A DNA stretch of 64,000 bases from Octopus bimaculoides (taxonomy: Eukaryota). Under the pieces are notes generated by a model. The model had not been told where the DNA came from, searched no databases, and was given only the letters and a program-made list of their open reading frames with translations. Shown piece by piece: positions 13,512-26,799 of this stretch (within the stretch, counting starts at the first letter, position 1; every line of letters starts with the position of its first letter). The translations under genes and the position numbers were made by a program. The stretch is from positions 33,587,002-33,651,001 of the forward strand of contig NC_069000.1 of NCBI RefSeq assembly GCF_001194135.2, written 5' to 3'.

Positions 13512-13699
13512 GCTATGTATATGTCCCTTCCTTCTCATTGTATACTGTGTATACTTACTTTTCTTTTCTTTTTTGTTGTTTTCTTTTTTCTTTTATCATT
13601 TCATTATTATATGTAAACTTCCACACTTTATGTCTGCCTTTGTATTGTTTCCTTCATCCTTCGCCCCTGGTGGAAAATAAATGAAATCATTATTATTAC

Positions 13700-14070
13700 T
13701 ATTATTGAGTGAAAGAGCAGCACACACCTTGAAAGTGACACTGGGGTACAAATATATGAAGTCCAATACACTCATCATGAGTACCCGTCTGATAAGGGTA
13801 CACCAGGCACATGCATCACAACCATGTGTGCTTAGAATGGTGATCTCATATCAAGATAAATGAAGCATGACTTTGTAGGTGAGGCCCAGTTAGAATTTTT
13901 TTTTTAAGCCATGTTGCCCGTCCCACTCAAAAGTTCTCTGAATAAGGTTTGCTTAAGGATGATAAGCAAAGCACCCATATTTCTAAGGATGACTTATTCA
14001 AACCCCAAAGAATCCCTCTGAACACATGGATATGATGCTTCCCAACTACTTCTCATGATCAGAGATGCAC
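13700..14070 (-). mobile_element. Retroelement 3' end inserted in (ATT)n
   Basis: Non-coding repeat-like segment bounded by (TAA)n tracts; family assignment from recall only. Confidence 0.45.
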
Positions 14071-14112
14071 ATTTCTTCAGTTTTATCATTATTATTATTA
14101 TTAGTATTATTA

Positions 14113-15160
14113 TTGTTCAGTAGTTTTATTTTTATAACGTGCTTTCACTTCACTACCGAGCGCAGCTCTGTGCGCCTTGGGTATGTGCTGTGGTTTGCTG
14201 TGGTGCTCTTATGTTTACTGTATTGAAAGTGTTTTGCGTAGAATGTGTGCAGTACCCAGTAGTGCAATTTTCTGTATGGTATATATATTTGTAAGTCCTG
14301 GTGNNNNNNNNNNNNNNNNNNNNNNNNNNNNNNNNNNNNNNNNNNNNNNNNNNNNNNNNNNNNNNNNNNNNNNNNNNNNNNNNNNNNNNNNNNNNNNNNN
14401 NNNNNNNNNNNNNNNNNNNNNNNNNNNNNNNNNNNNNNNNNNNNNNNNNNNNNNNNNNNNNNNNNNNNNNNNNNNNNNNNNNNNNNNNNNNNNNNNNNNN
14501 NNNNNNNNNNNNNNNNNNNNNNNNNNNNNNNNNNNNNNNNNNNNNNNNNNNNNNNNNNNNNNNNNNNNNNNNNNNNNNNNNNNNNNNNNNNNNNNNNNNN
14601 NNNNNNNNNNNNNNNNNNNNNNNNNNNNNNNNNNNNNNNNNNNNNNNNNNNNNNNNNNNNNNNNNNNNNNNNNNNNNNNNNNNNNNNNNNNNNNNNNNNN
14701 NNNNNNNNNNNNNNNNNNNNNNNNNNNNNNNNNNNNNNNNNNNNNNNNNNNNNNNNNNNNNNNNNNNNNNNNNNNNNNNNNNNNNNNNNNNNNNNNNNNN
14801 NNNNNNNNNNNNNNNNNNNNNNNNNNNNNNNNNNNNNNNNNNNNNNNNNNNNNNNNNNNNNNNNNNNNNNNNNNNNNNNNNNNNNNNNNNNNNNNNNNNN
14901 NNNNNNNNNNNNNNNNNNNNNNNNNNNNNNNNNNNNNNNNNNGTCATTCCCAGGGCACCTATGACAATAGGTATTGTTTTCGTCTTCAGATTCCACATTT
15001 TGCTAATTTCTATTTCAAGATCTTTATATTTGCTCAGTTTTTGGTAGGTCTTGACAGATACGTTTATATCGATTGGGACAGTCATATCAATGAGGAGGCA
15101 TGATTTTTGTCTGAAGTCTTTCAGTATGATGTCTGGCCTATTTGCGCCTATCTTTCTGTC
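14113..15160 (-). mobile_element. 5'-truncated R4/Dong-clade LINE (restriction-like endonuclease domain), interrupted by N gap
   Basis: ANRPDIILKD...LLIDMTVPIDINVSVKTYQKLSKYKDLEIEISKMW...PIVIGALGM, then IQKIALLGTAHILRKTL; (TAA)n on both flanks. Confidence 0.88.
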
Positions 15161-15217
<57 letters not shown>

Positions 15218-15479
15218 GGTTAGTGAGCTGACAGAATTGTTGGCATGTTTAGAAAATGCTTGTCAGCATCTCATCCACCTTTTTATATTTTGAGTTCAAA
15301 TTCTGCTGAGAATTGCTTTGCTTTCATCTTTTTAGTGTTGATAAAATAAATACCAGTTGAGCACTGATGTTGATTTAATCAACTTCATTCTTTCCCTAAA
15401 ACTTCTGGCCTGGCACCAAAATTTGAAACATCATTATTATTATTATAACTAATTCATATATTTGTTGGTTTCTTCTCAG

Positions 15480-15742
15480 GGAAACAAGTCAGTATGGTTG
15501 ACTTCAATCTTTGGCCATGGTTTGAGAAAATTAAAGCAAAAGTAATGACAGACCAAACTATAGACCAGTTCATCACCAAAGAATACCCATTTCTATGCCA
15601 ATGGAATGAGAATATGTTGCAGCTGCCAGAGGTGAAGGCCACAAGACTTAATCCCCAGTACTATGCTGCATTCATCAAAAGTTTTGCCAGTGGAGACCCA
15701 GATTATGACTTTGGTCTCCAACTGAATAAAAGTAAATTGTAA
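15480..15742 (+). CDS. GSTO1: GST omega terminal exon ending ...DPDYDFGLQLNKSKL*
   Basis: Polypyrimidine tract plus CAG at 15477-15479; G|GG KQVSMVDFNLWPWFEK matches GSTO SMIDYLIWPWFER; TAA at 15740-15742. Confidence 0.93.
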
Positions 15743-16160
15743 ATGATTTGTAAATATGATGAATAGAATTTTTAAATAAGATTATGAATAAGATCTTCAG
15801 CTGAATAAACAACTCTTTAGGTTATCAATGGTTTGGACCCCCAATTTAAAATAAAAGTCATTCAGGCTAAATTATGTATCAGATCTCCAGTTGAATAATA
15901 GTTAATTGTTAAGGATATGCTAGTGTGATATTTAAAGTATTCAGTCTAGATTATGATTTACATCTCAAGTTGAATAAAGATTTATTGTAGACAATTTCTA
16001 AAAGTTTATGAGTGAGGAATTTAAAAAGTAATTTAAACACTCTAACATCGTTATGTTCTAGCTGAATAAAAGTTCACTTGTGAATGACTTTTTAATGGTG
16101 AACTATAAAATTTCTAAATTAGAATTTGATTTAAGTCCTTAGCTGAATATAATTAAATTG
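15701..16160 (+). repeat. Degenerate tandem array (79-92 bp period) of the GST terminal coding segment, extending into the 3' flank
   Basis: YTGAATAAA-like core at 15722, 15801, 15891, 15970, 16062, 16143 (plus 16472); GATTATGA motif at 15701, 15780, 15949. Confidence 0.75.
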
Positions 16161-17339
16161 AACTTGTTTCGAAATGTGATGCAGTGAAGTTTTTAAAATT
16201 AGGTTATCATAAATGATCTTAGGGTGATCTTTTAGATTTCTAAACTAGATCATATGTGAGACCTAAAGTAGAATAAAATATGTGGAGGATTTGAAAAAGT
16301 CAGGTCTATGGTTTTTATCTAGATCATAGTTAAATCCAACAGCCAGATAAGTATCAGTTTCCAATTGCTTCTAAGGATGATGGAGAAAAGATTTTAATCA
16401 AAATCACTTCTTAAGGATTTTTACAAGTGATGCCTAAAGTTATCAAACCAGTTAATAATTTGAGATTGCAGCTGAATAAACAAAAATGCAAATAATTTCT
16501 AGAAGGCAGAAAAATTTCATAAATCATTTATAAGATTTGGGATAATAGCCAAGTTTTTTCTTTGGAATGTAAAAAATTTTTACTTGAAAAATTACATAAA
16601 ATTCCTTGTATCAGAGTATTTTTGATTAATAAAACTTAATTATTTTGAAAAATAGTTTTCAAAGAGTAATGAAAATATATTCTGTTTCAAGTATTATGCT
16701 ACACACACGTGTGTGTGTGAGTGCATATAGATATATACATACAAACACAGGAACATTTTATAAACAAGGCAGTAAATTTTGAATGCAGTATAACTGTGAA
16801 AAGAGCTGAAAAAGATTTGGTATTTACCCTTAGAAGATGGAAAAAAAGTTGCCAGCTGGCAGCTCTGAACCCTGTGCCTCTCAGATACTAGCTAAGTGTT
16901 CTGTACCATTAAGCTAAGCAGTTCCTGACAACAATTACCATCAATTTTAATGCTAAGTAATAGCTTTTTGGAATTTGGGAAGATTTTATAAACAAGCTTT
17001 ATAAGCTTTGAGTGTGTTGGTATTTTATAGACATGAATATAAATTTTGAATGCAGTATAGCTGTGAAAACAGTCAAGAAAGATTGAGTGTTTACTCTTGG
17101 AAGACAGAAAAATTGCCAGAATACAAATTTTCCATCTTCTAAGGGTATACATCCATGTGAAAACAACCAAAAATGCTGGGTATTAACCCTTAGAAGACTG
17201 AAAAACCAGTTGTTAAAACTTTAGAACTCAATATACATATACACATGCTTTAGAATATAGCATTAGGCAAGTACAGAGTGTAATATTAATTAATGAATGA
17301 CAAAAGAACAGGAATGATGCAATCACCTCTATTAGGTTA

Positions 17340-17493
17340 CAGTTGTTTCTGCTATAAGAAGTTGTGCATTCAGAGCTAGGTGTTTGTGCAATATCCTATG
17401 GCTTCTCCAGAGCCATTAAAATGAAGTGTATGTGCAAGATGTTGCACAAGCACTCAGCTCTGAATGCACTGCTTCTTATAGAAGAAACAGCTG
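17340..17493. mobile_element. Tc1-like palindromic MITE with TA flanks
   Basis: ~58-bp arms CAGTTGTTTCTGCTATAAGAAG... / ...CTTCTTATAGAAGAAACAGCTG flanked by TA. Confidence 0.75.
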
Positions 17494-17685
17494 TAAATTA
17501 ATGAATTTGAATACATACTTCCTGTTCCTTTGTAATTCAGTCAATTTGCATGACACCAGTATCTGCCACAACTGCAATTTTGCACAGCTTTATGGGTCTT
17601 CTTCTCAAGCAAAACATAATGTCAAAGGTCTTGGTCATTGCCTCTGTGAGGGCCAATATATTTATATATACACATACATACATCC

Positions 17686-17739
<54 letters not shown>

Positions 17740-18281
17740 GGTAACAAAAAGAATTCCATATCTACACAGAAGTAATTATACTTCAAATTTCAACCGTGAT
17801 ACTTAACAAGCTAGTTACATAATTATTTAATGAGTTCTCTGGAAACAATTTTTTAAAAATTTTATTGTCTGACAGTTCAGCAAGAAACAGGAAGAGAGTT
17901 GGTAGTAGAAAGATAATCTGTGGCAGAAATCTAATTCAGTAAGGGTTACAATCTATGGCACAGAAATTAGAATATATTTCAACTTCACAGTAACACCAAT
18001 AACCCAAGCTCTAGGGAATGAGTCCAATCATTAGAATAGAATTTTTGTTGTGTACCCAGAGATAATTTTTTATTGAGCAGGCCTATGACATTACAAGGTA
18101 CAACCAACAAATCTCTTTTTCTAGATAAACCAGGATCAGTGCTGAAAACAAGCATTTAGAGTTTGGATTAGTATGTATGTATGTGTAAATGAATGGGGAT
18201 GTTTGAAAAGTGTATTTGTTTGTTAGTTGTTTGTAGGTGTACTTGTTCATGTGTTTCTGTGTGTACGCATATATGATATAT

Positions 18282-19424
18282 ACTAGCTGGTGTGTCCGGT
18301 AATTCCCGAGGGTAAAGATGTTGTATTGAAATGCAATTATTACTCTGATATAAAAAATCAATTTCGTTATAACTGCTACAAAGGGTGTATTTTCCATCAC
18401 GAAGAAGTACAAAAAACTGTCAGCTGGAGGAGGGAGAGATTGTATGTATATAAATATATGAATGAAGTGTTTGAAGAAAGTACAATAATAATGTCCACAC
18501 TCACTGATGGTCGCTCTCAGTAACTGCCTTTAGCTTACAGAGTTCTTGTTTTTATAACTATCAAAAAGCAGCCAGAAGGATAGACATATTGTTGAGAACA
18601 AATGATTTTGTAGGAGGTCTGTTATCTTCATTCCAGCCTCTATTGTTTTACCATGAGAAAAGCGCTGTTGAAGTTTTCAAGTGAAATTTGGCAATCGAGG
18701 ATCGAATCCGTGCTATGCCTGCATGAAGCTACTACAAATATGTTGTGGAATAAAAAATTTATCAACTGTCATGGAAAAAGTGTAACTGTTAAAATGCAAA
18801 ATTATCAGAGTAATGGTCATTCAAAAAAGTATGTATAGAAATGTATGAAAGAAGTCTTTAATGTTTAAGATTCAAATTAAGGAAGTGCAATAATAATGTT
18901 TAGCAGTTCAAAACTGTGAGTAGTGAAATGCAGAATTAGGTCGACTGATCGTGAGAATCAAATATTGATCGCTTCGCTAAAACCTGCAGGTGGTATGGGT
19001 TATTTTCCTTGGGTTGTTTAAATAAGATATTTGTAATATGTAGTAGATAGAAGGATCCATTGGAGGGGCCCTATTATCGATATTTTTCAACAATCTAAGT
19101 ATGTCACGAGGTTTCCAGACATGAGTTCTACTCACACGTCAAATAAAGAAAAAAAGTGATATTGTCTGCAAAAATTAGAAATTGAACACACAAAAAATCA
19201 ATATTCAAAGTAATCGAATATAAACAATGAAATGGGTTATTTCCCCTTTCGTGTTTAAAAAAATATTGTGCAGGTGCTATGGGTTATTTCTCTTGGGTGT
19301 TGCAAGGTTTCCAAACATGAGTTCTACTCATGTGTCAAGTTTCATTAAAATCAGTAAAACGATGTAGGAGGAGTTAGCTAACAACGCCACAAACAAACAT
19401 CGATTTTCCACATATGTAGTAGAT
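18282..19424 (+). mobile_element. Non-autonomous Helitron2/HINE-like element
   Basis: Starts ACTAGCTGGTGTGTCCGG..CCCGAGGG and ends ACAAACAAACATCGATTTT..GTAGTAGAT, termini resembling Lep1/HINE elements; internal partial duplication ~18990-19150 vs 19270-19345. Confidence 0.6.
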
Positions 19425-20471
19425 ATATGTGTTTCTATCAGAATGAATTGTTGTATCTTGGAAGAGCCTTTATACAAGTAATAAACACATGCACTGGTTA
19501 TATTTTACTTCTTTATTTTCATTTGTCAACTTGTTCCCAAGTGTTTCGAGGCTGCCACCCCCTTGGCACTCAGACCACATTCCTAGTACCCACCACCACC
19601 ACTTTTGGCAGCAAATTCAGGACAATTGTATTTCACAAATAAAACTTAACCTAATTAACCTCATTATTTTATTGCTTTTACATCCATCGCCCCCCTTTTG
19701 GCCACTCTATTATCTCCACGCTTTTCTTCAAACTGTGTCCTGGATCTTTCCACCTGGCCCACCTCTGGGGGAGGGGGCAGTACTTCCCGTTTTGGGAACC
19801 ACTGATTTAATAAATTAGCTAATCACTTCTTTCATTAACCATTCAGTTAGTCAATCAATCAGCTAGGTTTGACAAAGTCCTTTTACCACGGCATTTCATT
19901 GTTGAGATCGTGAATGAAAGGTAATTGACTGAGCAAATGATTAATCAAAGAATCGATTTATTGGTTAAATGATAGTCCAATTGACTAATAACAAGAAAGA
20001 AGTGAAATAGAACCAGTACATGTATTTATTTTTGGCATTGTGACCCTCCCAAGTTACAAAATATTTTCCAACACATGAATTCATATCAAGAATCTAACAA
20101 ACCAAATACAAAAATGAAATGTAGCAATGATTCTCGTTAAATATTTCAAACATCAACTGGATGAATTTCTCCAAGAATGTGTCACACAGTATTAATACAG
20201 GGCTGTCTTTAGAGGAATTCCTTATTAATTACGAAATTCCTTATTAATTAAGGACACATCTATAGACATATAGAAATATGTCATGCATTTATACATCAAC
20301 ACACACACACACACACACACACATACACACATAACGAGATAGAATTAAAAGTACACATTGACTGTAATACTTTTTATTTACTAATTCAAAGTCGATGATT
20401 CACTCTAGTTATGGAAAATGACTCATCAGTTTCAGGTACACACACACACACACACACACACNNNNNNNNNN

Positions 20472-20502
<31 letters not shown>

Positions 20503-20561
20503 TCACATATACACATACATACATACATATTTGCATATACATATACATTTATATACACATT

Positions 20562-20593
<32 letters not shown>

Positions 20594-20594
20594 A

Positions 20595-20880
20595 AGGCAC
20601 GTGGCTCAGTGGTTGTTTGAGTTTCGAGCTTACGATCATGAGGTTGTGAGTTTGATTCCTAGACCAGGCAGCGTGTTGTGTTCTTGAGCAAGACCCTTTA
20701 TTTCACATTGCTCCAGTTCACTCAGCTGTAGAAATGAGTTGTGACGTCACTGGTGCCAAGCTGTATCAGCCTTTGCCTTTCCCTTGGATAACATCGGTAG
20801 CGTGGAGAGGGGAGGCTGATATATGCATGGGTGACTGCTGGTCTTCTATAAAAACAAATCTAGGCAACTTTCTGCCCAGA
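20595..20880 (+). mobile_element. tRNA-derived SINE (second copy ~24543-24850)
   Basis: TGGCTCAGTGG A-box-like and GTTTGATTCC B-box-like head; two copies align over ~280 bp. Confidence 0.75.
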
Positions 20881-21219
20881 CTTATACCAAGGAGTNNNNN
20901 NNNNNATATATATCATATATACTTCAGGCTTCTTTCAGTTTCCGTCTACGAAATCCACTCACAAGGTTTGGGTTGGCCTGAGGCTATCACTGAAGATACT
21001 TTCTCAAAGTGCCACGCAGAGGAACTGAACTCGGAACCATATGGTTGGGAAGCAAACTTCTTACCACACAGCCACGCCTGCGCATATATATATTTACATA
21101 TATATTTACATGTGTGTGTGTGTGTGTAAATATATATTACTAGTCATTTTTACATTCCTCTAGAAGTGGGTGTTTGTTGTTTGGGAGGAGTGGGAGGACA
21201 AAATATGACGAATCTAATA

Positions 21220-21290
21220 TTTTTATCAGATATTTATCAGATATTTATCTGATATTTATCAGATATTTATCTGATATTTTTATCAGATAT
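21220..21290. repeat. 11-bp minisatellite (TTTATCWGATA)n
   Basis: About six tandem units read directly. Confidence 0.8.
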
Positions 21291-21568
21291 TCCAACCGTG
21301 ATAAAGAGAGATAAAAGAAGATATCTTTTTTAAAAAATATAAATTATGTGGTTTTGCTGGTTCATTTTTAGATGTGACACAACTACTTTTATCATGTCCT
21401 GATGTGTCACCATCTGACTGCGTGTGTGTATGTGCATGTGTATGTGTATGCGTGTGTGTGTATGTGTGTGTGTGCACGCACGCGTGAGTGACTGCATCTT
21501 TATATGTGTACACAACTACATACACACAAAACTATTCAATTCACATAGTAATATTTATTCTCATTTCC

Positions 21569-21602
<34 letters not shown>

Positions 21603-21649
21603 CAGACACACCTACACACATACATATACATGCTTACTTGCTTATGACA

Positions 21650-22255
21650 GCCCGTCATATGTGATGACAGTGTCGATCCAAGATATTCGTCCTTCTCCGC
21701 CTCCAACACATTGTTTCTCATGGGAGCGGAGGTGGCTGACAATACCAATTCCAGACAGATCCTGTGGCACTGGGGGCACTGACTGTGACCCCAAACAACA
21801 GCCAAAGAGTGTTGATAACGTCTCCTCCTCTCTTCAAGCAGTCTCCTCCATCAGTTTTAAGCAAATCTACTCCAGCATCACACATGGACTTCTATGCTTT
21901 CCATTTAACAATCTGGGGCTACAACCCAACTGAGTGGGATACCACATAAAATGAAAGACCGTTTGAAATGGTCATGAAAACGAAGTTTGGGACATCCATA
22001 GGGTCTACTTCCAGTCTCGATCTCACTAAGAGGACCATCTTTGGGAGCCAGTTACCCGGCATCCAAATCATATGGTCAACCTAGCAAAGAAGAGGATGAA
22101 GGATGCAAGCCGCAACACTGCAGATCCCAGTCCTCAGGAAGATTTCAGTGTGTGGCACCTTGTTCTTCCATGTAAAATCGAGGATACTTTTGAGCAATCT
22201 GATATGAAATGTTTCCAATTTTCTGATCTGGCATCGATAAACGGTCCAGTTAAAT
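21650..22255 (-). mobile_element. Decayed RTE-clade LINE 3' fragment
   Basis: WTVYRCQIRKLETFHIRLLKSIL..W, GCPKLRFHDHFK and C-terminal QCPQCHRIC zinc-finger motif. Confidence 0.8.
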
Positions 22256-24330
22256 GACTGAAACAAGTAAAAGATAAAAGATATATATATATATATTGTG
22301 TCTGGGGAGGATCATATTGTCTATNNNNNNNNNNNNNNNNNNNNNNNNNNNNNNNNNNNNNNNNNNNNNNNNNNNNNNNNNNNNNNNNNNNNNNNNNNNN
22401 NNNNNNNNNNNNNNNNNNNNNNNNNNNNNNNNNNNNNNNNNNNNNNNNNNNNNNNNNNNNNNNNNNNNNNNNATATATATATAGGTTATGAGCGATAGTG
22501 GTATCAAATTACAGCTGGAAACAGCTGTAAGACCTATTTATAAATGTTCTATATTATACACAGCCTTCGTTTTTTTTTTATCTCATTACGAAAAGTAAAT
22601 CCTTATATATATATACGGAGAGAGAGAGAGAAAGAAAAGAGAGAGGGCAATGGAGGAGTGTATTTTGATGAAGAATGGGAGGAAATGCAACAGACTTATT
22701 CAGAGTCGAATGACTGTATTTCCTTTTGTATTGCGTAAAGAAATATTTGTAAAACTGAGTTGCAAAAGAAGCGATAAAATACTCTGTTTTGAATTGATCA
22801 TATTTGGTACATAGATATGAAATTTAGTTAGTTATATGATAATGTATGGAAAATCATTATATCAAATACATTTGATATAGCTAAGATAAAGCACCTCTAA
22901 TATTGTCATTCATACGTATGCTAATGTATAATGGCATTAGTGTTAGCGACGGAACAATAAATGTTGGTTCAGGTAACAGATCGTAACTTAGTGTAGTGTT
23001 AATGTTAATCACACTACCTTAAGTGGTTTCTTTATAGATTTTCTTTAACTGCTTTCGTTTTATAAAGGTGTAAGAGGAACGTTTTTCTTTGATTTCTACT
23101 TTGTCGCCATTCTGGGATGTGTATTTTACATTCATCTTCAGACCCAAATTCCCAGTGATCAAGTAGATACTCAGATAGTAAAAATGTTACATATATTATT
23201 AGTGAATAATAACATCAAGATTAAAAGCCCAGATATCATACTGGTTTCAAATTTTGGCACAAGGCTAGCGATTTGGGGAAAAGGGTAAATCGATTACATT
23301 GACACGAGTGCTCAACTGGTATTTATTTCATCAACCTCGAAAGGATGAAAAATAAGGGTGACTCCGGAGTATTTGCGCTCAAAACGTTAAGAGATGTTGC
23401 TAAGCATTTTTCCCGGTAAGGTTACTATTTTGCCAACTCACCACCTTAAGCCTAGATATCACATTACCAAGTCACGTGAATTAGAACAAGAATGCATAAC
23501 AAAATATATTGATTCTCTAAATCAATATTAAATATTGAATAATGATTTCTTATGATTTGTTTAAAATGATAAACACATTTAAAAAAAAAACTTATGGACA
23601 CACTATTGTACATAGCGGGTCAAATCAATCTGTTATTGAGTAACAGCTTGAAAAAACCTTGAATGTGAAACTAAAGATGTTAACACTGTATTATATGACT
23701 ATCAGAACTATTTAAGTTGATATAAATCATCATTATCCTCTTTTTGTTGCTGTTTGTTCCTTTTCGAGCCATATCTGGTTCATAAGGGCCGGTTTCCCGA
23801 TTTCATTGGCATATAGATTCCCCACCTGGATGGGATATCGGTCTGTCACAAGTAAGCTGCTAGATGCAAGGGGAATGAGTGAGAGAAAGTTGTGGTGAAA
23901 GAGCCAACAGAAGTTCGCCGTTACCTTCTGCCGGAGCCACATGGAGCTTACATGTTTCACTCATAAATACACACATCACCCAGTTTGAGATTTAAACCCT
24001 CGACCGTGAGTCTGCTGCTCCTAACCTCGAGACTATGTGCCTCCATTATCATCTTTTTAACGTCCACTTTCTACGTCTTCGCAAAACAGATGGATTCTAT
24101 TGAGAGAGTTGAATGCTATTCCTGACGCCAATCCTCACCTGTTTCCAGGCAAGGTATTTGTTCTCTATGGCCAAATATGTTTCCACTGAAAGCTGCAAAT
24201 GAGAAACAACTACTTGTATGTCGGTTACACTCATTTACAACTATTGCACAATGTCAAGAGCAGGAGACATACACACACCACATACACATACACTCAAACA
24301 CATCTATACGCACATATATTTACATATACA

Positions 24331-24364
<34 letters not shown>

Positions 24365-24367
<3 letters not shown>

Positions 24368-24535
24368 AGAATTCACAAAAAAAACAAAAGACGAAGACAG
24401 GTAGTGTAGAAAACAAACAGATGTATTAGTATAACGCTCGGGAATTGAAAAAGTCTTTAACGTTTCGAGCCTACGCTCTTCCACAGAAAGGAACACAGAA
24501 AGAAACAAGGAGAGAAACAAGCAGAGAAAAAAATG
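24365..24535 (-). mobile_element. Penelope-like terminal (pLTR-derived) repeat with hammerhead-like motif
   Basis: Near-identical to 30655-30840 (next to a Penelope ORF) and to 36091-36230 (opposite strand). Confidence 0.6.
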
Positions 24536-26799
24536 TGTGTAAGGCATATGGCTCAGTGTTTAGACCGTCAGGCTCACAATTATGAGGTAGTTTGATTCCT
24601 GGACGGGACTGTGTGTTGTAATCTTGAGCAAGTCACTTTATTTCACGTTGCTTCAGTTCGCTCAGCTGTAGAAATGAGTTGTGACGTCACTGGTGCTAAG
24701 CTGTATTGGCCTTTGCCTTTCCCATGAATAACATCAGTAGTGTGGAGATGGGAGGCTGGTATGTATGGGCGACTGCTGGTCTTCCATAAACAACCTTGCC
24801 CAGACTTTTGCCTCGGAGGGTAACTGTAAGTCCAATCCCATGGTCATTCACGACCGAAGGGTATCCCTATGATATTGGCAAAAATGATATCTGTGTTATA
24901 TCCTGTAACATTATGGTCTGACAAACTGCTCACAGACTTTAAAAAAATAATTCCTGAGGATCAATATTATTGATGAAAATCTTTCAAGGCACAGCTTCAG
25001 TAAAAGAGTAAGTTACATCTGCCATCTTATAAAAAGACACATAGACTCATAAGGCAATGTCGAGCATACACTATTCCAGTATGCTTAAGGCAGGAATGTA
25101 CTTTAATCATAAATCTAATTGATGTATCAGGATTGGCCAATGACTAAACAACAAACAGTCATCTTTATCACGCTAAAATTTCAAGCCTGGTAATAGAGTG
25201 GTTTCTAATATTTTGCGTACCAGATTGCAAAAACCATATCCCTTGCAGTGCAGTACATTGTAGGAAAGAATTCTTATAATTATGGCAGGATTCCACCCCA
25301 TGTCAAAAGAAACTGATAGTTAAGCCCTCAGTTACGTCCACATAACAACAATCATCTGTATATTAACAACCATCATGTTATCCCTCTGTTTTCTTTCCTA
25401 CTACCGCAATCGAATCAAAATGGTCGACTGATCTGCATAAAGAAGCAATCACATTTCCCTCAAATTATGGCATGCTCTCTTGAAAAGAGAAGAAAACATG
25501 TGTGTCCAAGAATATGGATCTCCACCACCTTCGACGACAAGTGTTCAGTTGTTTGGTTAACTGAGATACCGTCTCATTGAATTAGCGTGAAAGTAGCTGA
25601 GTATTCCACAACCATGTGTACCCATAATGCAATTCCCAAACAGTATCAGCAAGACACCACCCCTAGAGCCTTTGTTATCATAGTATTTTGACTGTGTAGA
25701 TGATGTTTTAGAAGGAAAAATTGCAATTTAATGTGTTGTAAAAAAAAAGATTCAATGAAACTGCCCGGTCGTGGGGTCGAGTGGTGTTCATTTCAGTTTT
25801 CATTTTTCAATTCCATCTTTTTCATTCGTTTTCATTTCTTCTCTCATTTTGTCTGTTCTTGTTTGTCCCCTCTATGTTAGGCCCTGTGTGGCCAAATAAA
25901 GAAATAGTGAGATTTGGGATGTAGCAGAGAGAACACGAATGACGAGTTAGACTGAAGAGAGTTAATATCACCACATAACGAGCTATCACCCACTGCAACA
26001 CAAAACTTGCAGTAACTTTTCAAATACTATTACAAAAACATCCAAACTTTCTCAACATTTGTTGTAATACTATTTCAATTACACCAAGTACAATAACACT
26101 CCAAATCTCTCAACTGAATAAAAGTTTGTTCGTAAAAACCTCATAATATTTCGTCATTTTCTTCTATGTACAACTTATTTACCCCTGAACGCTAGAGATA
26201 ACAGCCAGCACACAACAGCGAACTGACAGCCTCCAGTATCAGCAATTATATAGAGCTCCTAGCATCTAATCAGCACAAGCATAAGTGGACACGATATCTA
26301 CCAGCCACATATTATTTTATGTATAAAAGCCCATGTGATTCTAGCTCAGATAAATGCTGAATCCTGTCTTTCATCTTTGTTTATTGCAGTTACATTGTTC
26401 GAAGATTGTACAATAGCTGCTTTTACTACAAACTGGCAAAGGACTGTTTTTTGTATTGTAAGGTTTGACAGTATTGTCTGACATAGTTGGCTATTTGCAA
26501 CTGCAGCCAAAAGAAAGGACGTTTGGTTGAAATACATAAATTGAAGTCTATAAAAAATCTTTGTTTCCATGTCCTTTATTTTAGGGCTTAGGTATGCTGC
26601 ACTTTAGTAAATGAATAAGTTTTAAATGATTTGGTGGATGAGTATAATTCTTATATGTGTGTAAATCTGAATACATACAGAGATATATACATGCATGGGC
26701 ATGTCCATATGGACTACATTAGCACTCTTACAAGTTTGATAAAGTCTGACTTAATTAGCAATTTATTGTTCGTAATAAAGATTTAATAGACAATTAGAC

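Noticed and set aside
14304-14942. Apparent 639-bp insertion within the Dong endonuclease coding region
   Set aside because: Homology suggests only about a dozen codons are missing between GALGM and PGL; most likely an overestimated scaffold gap
17483-17496. GAAACAGCTGTAA resembling hammerhead family A
   Set aside because: It is the terminal inverted repeat of a TA-flanked MITE; no CUGANGA core with matching stem I
26108-26125. 15-bp match (CAACTGAATAAAAGT) to the GSTO terminal repeat core
   Set aside because: Isolated AT-rich match with no flanking similarity; could be chance
26350-26570. Possible piggyBac Cys-rich tail on the - strand
   Set aside because: Cys spacing recoverable only by mixing frames; insufficient evidence
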